NCBI GenBank assembly: GCA_963664115.2
Contig: CAXWPJ010000012.1
Span: 480,001 to 544,000 of the forward strand
DNA length: 64,000 nt
Source of the DNA: Terriglobia bacterium
Lineage (GTDB): Bacteria > Acidobacteriota > Terriglobia > 20CM-2-55-15
Reading direction: 5' to 3'
Part shown: positions 63,274 through 64,000 of the stretch, piece after piece
How the letters are laid out: every line of letters starts with the position of its first letter
Numbering within the stretch: the stretch's first letter is position 1
The notes under the pieces: model-generated
Databases searched by the model: none
What the model saw: only the letters and a program-made list of their open reading frames with translations
Told to the model about the DNA's origin: nothing
Program-made: the position numbers and the translations under genes

Positions 63274-63681
63274 GTGAGGAATTTTTATTTTCTTATGAGA
63301 GGCATAGTTGCTGCGACGTTACTCACGGTTCTTATGGCAGGTACTGCAAGGGCGCAAGAGCCTGTTCCAGAGGATTTTTCTTTCTATTATTCTGTAAACA
63401 GCATGGGTTCCGAGCGTAGCTACGATAGCAGCGAAAATATGCGGAGATTGCCGTTGCCATGTTTTGATGATTATTTTTTTTATGCGCGGTTAACGCCTGT
63501 GCAAAAAGGGGAGATGGAGCGCCAAGAGGTCCTCGACGTGTTGCATAGTTATGACGCAATAATGAAAAATGACCTTTTGTCTGTGAGAAGAGATCTCACA
63601 CAACCTCCTGATGGTTCTCCTGAAGGGGCTTTGGGATTGCCTTTGGCTGTGACAAGCATCGGATCGAGCAGGATCAGCTGA
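63274..63681 (+). CDS. Secreted hypothetical protein (AT-richer; may continue past the stop)
   Basis: Signal peptide ending A-R-A/QE; no family recognised. Confidence 0.5.
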   Translation: MRNFYFLMRGIVAATLLTVLMAGTARAQEPVPEDFSFYYSVNSMGSERSYDSSENMRRLPLPCFDDYFFYARLTPVQKGEMERQEVLDVLHSYDAIMKNDLLSVRRDLTQPPDGSPEGALGLPLAVTSIGSSRIS

Positions 63682-63932
63682 ACTGTTCAAGGTCAATTTG
63701 GGTTTGCGGTCAATGGAATGAGGATGTTTCTCAACTTTAATGAAAAAACTCGTGATGCTAAATGGAGGGATGTGCACCAAGTTGTTCGCGGCGTGTTACA
63801 GCAGGTAGATGGTGCATATGAGTTTCCAGATAATGAGTGTTCAGGTGACCAGTAATTCGCAAACTTTCTCTGAACGTTGCCAGTATCATTAATAGTGCAA
63901 ACCCCAAGCGGTACTCTAAAAATCAGAGAGCG

Positions 63933-64000
63933 CCGCGCGACGGCCTGCGGCCGCGCGCGGGTTGAAATAACACTCATACGACGACATTGCCAGCGCTGAC
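63933..64000 (+). repeat. Repeat B, cut by the window end
   Basis: ccgcgcgacggcctgcggccgcgcgcgggttgaaataacactcatacgacgaca. Confidence 0.9.

Noticed and set aside
1-64000. tRNA or rRNA genes
   Set aside because: None recognised by eye; tRNAscan-SE and Rfam searches would be needed to exclude them.

Overview
Bacterial window, probably Acidobacteriota judging from the gene content (several DUF6152-like proteins and Ser/Thr kinase-TolB/PD40 remnants); this is an inference. Bases 1-6.1 kb are ordinary chromosomal genes and the rest is a rearranged accessory region. The main unexplained structure spans about 13.6-38 kb. A ~38-bp imperfect palindrome (tctca-ACGTCCGASAA-gatgat-TTMTCAGGACT-tga, an 11+6+11 layout like tyrosine-recombinase/dif sites) recurs 10 times in direct orientation, plus one inverted copy and two half copies. 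It divides the DNA into modules. Many modules are hollowed-out kinase genes: the promoter, the 5' stub (MESGTKLG...) and the 3' stub (...NWFEELKERVPVP*) are kept, and the middle is replaced by unrelated cargo genes. A degenerate copy of the site lies ~115 bp upstream of an intact tyrosine recombinase / IS91-type transposase pair. IS30-family ends sit at the exact centre of this site twice. A second highlight is an operon at 47.3-50.6 kb: a rhodanese-multiheme cytochrome fusion, an outer-membrane protein, and a hidden MerB-like protein with an in-frame TGA plus a SECIS-like hairpin (candidate selenoprotein). Also present are IS1380, IS21, IS256 and four IS3-family copies, two of which bracket a polysaccharide gene fragment. 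All calls come from reading motifs by eye; no database searches were run.
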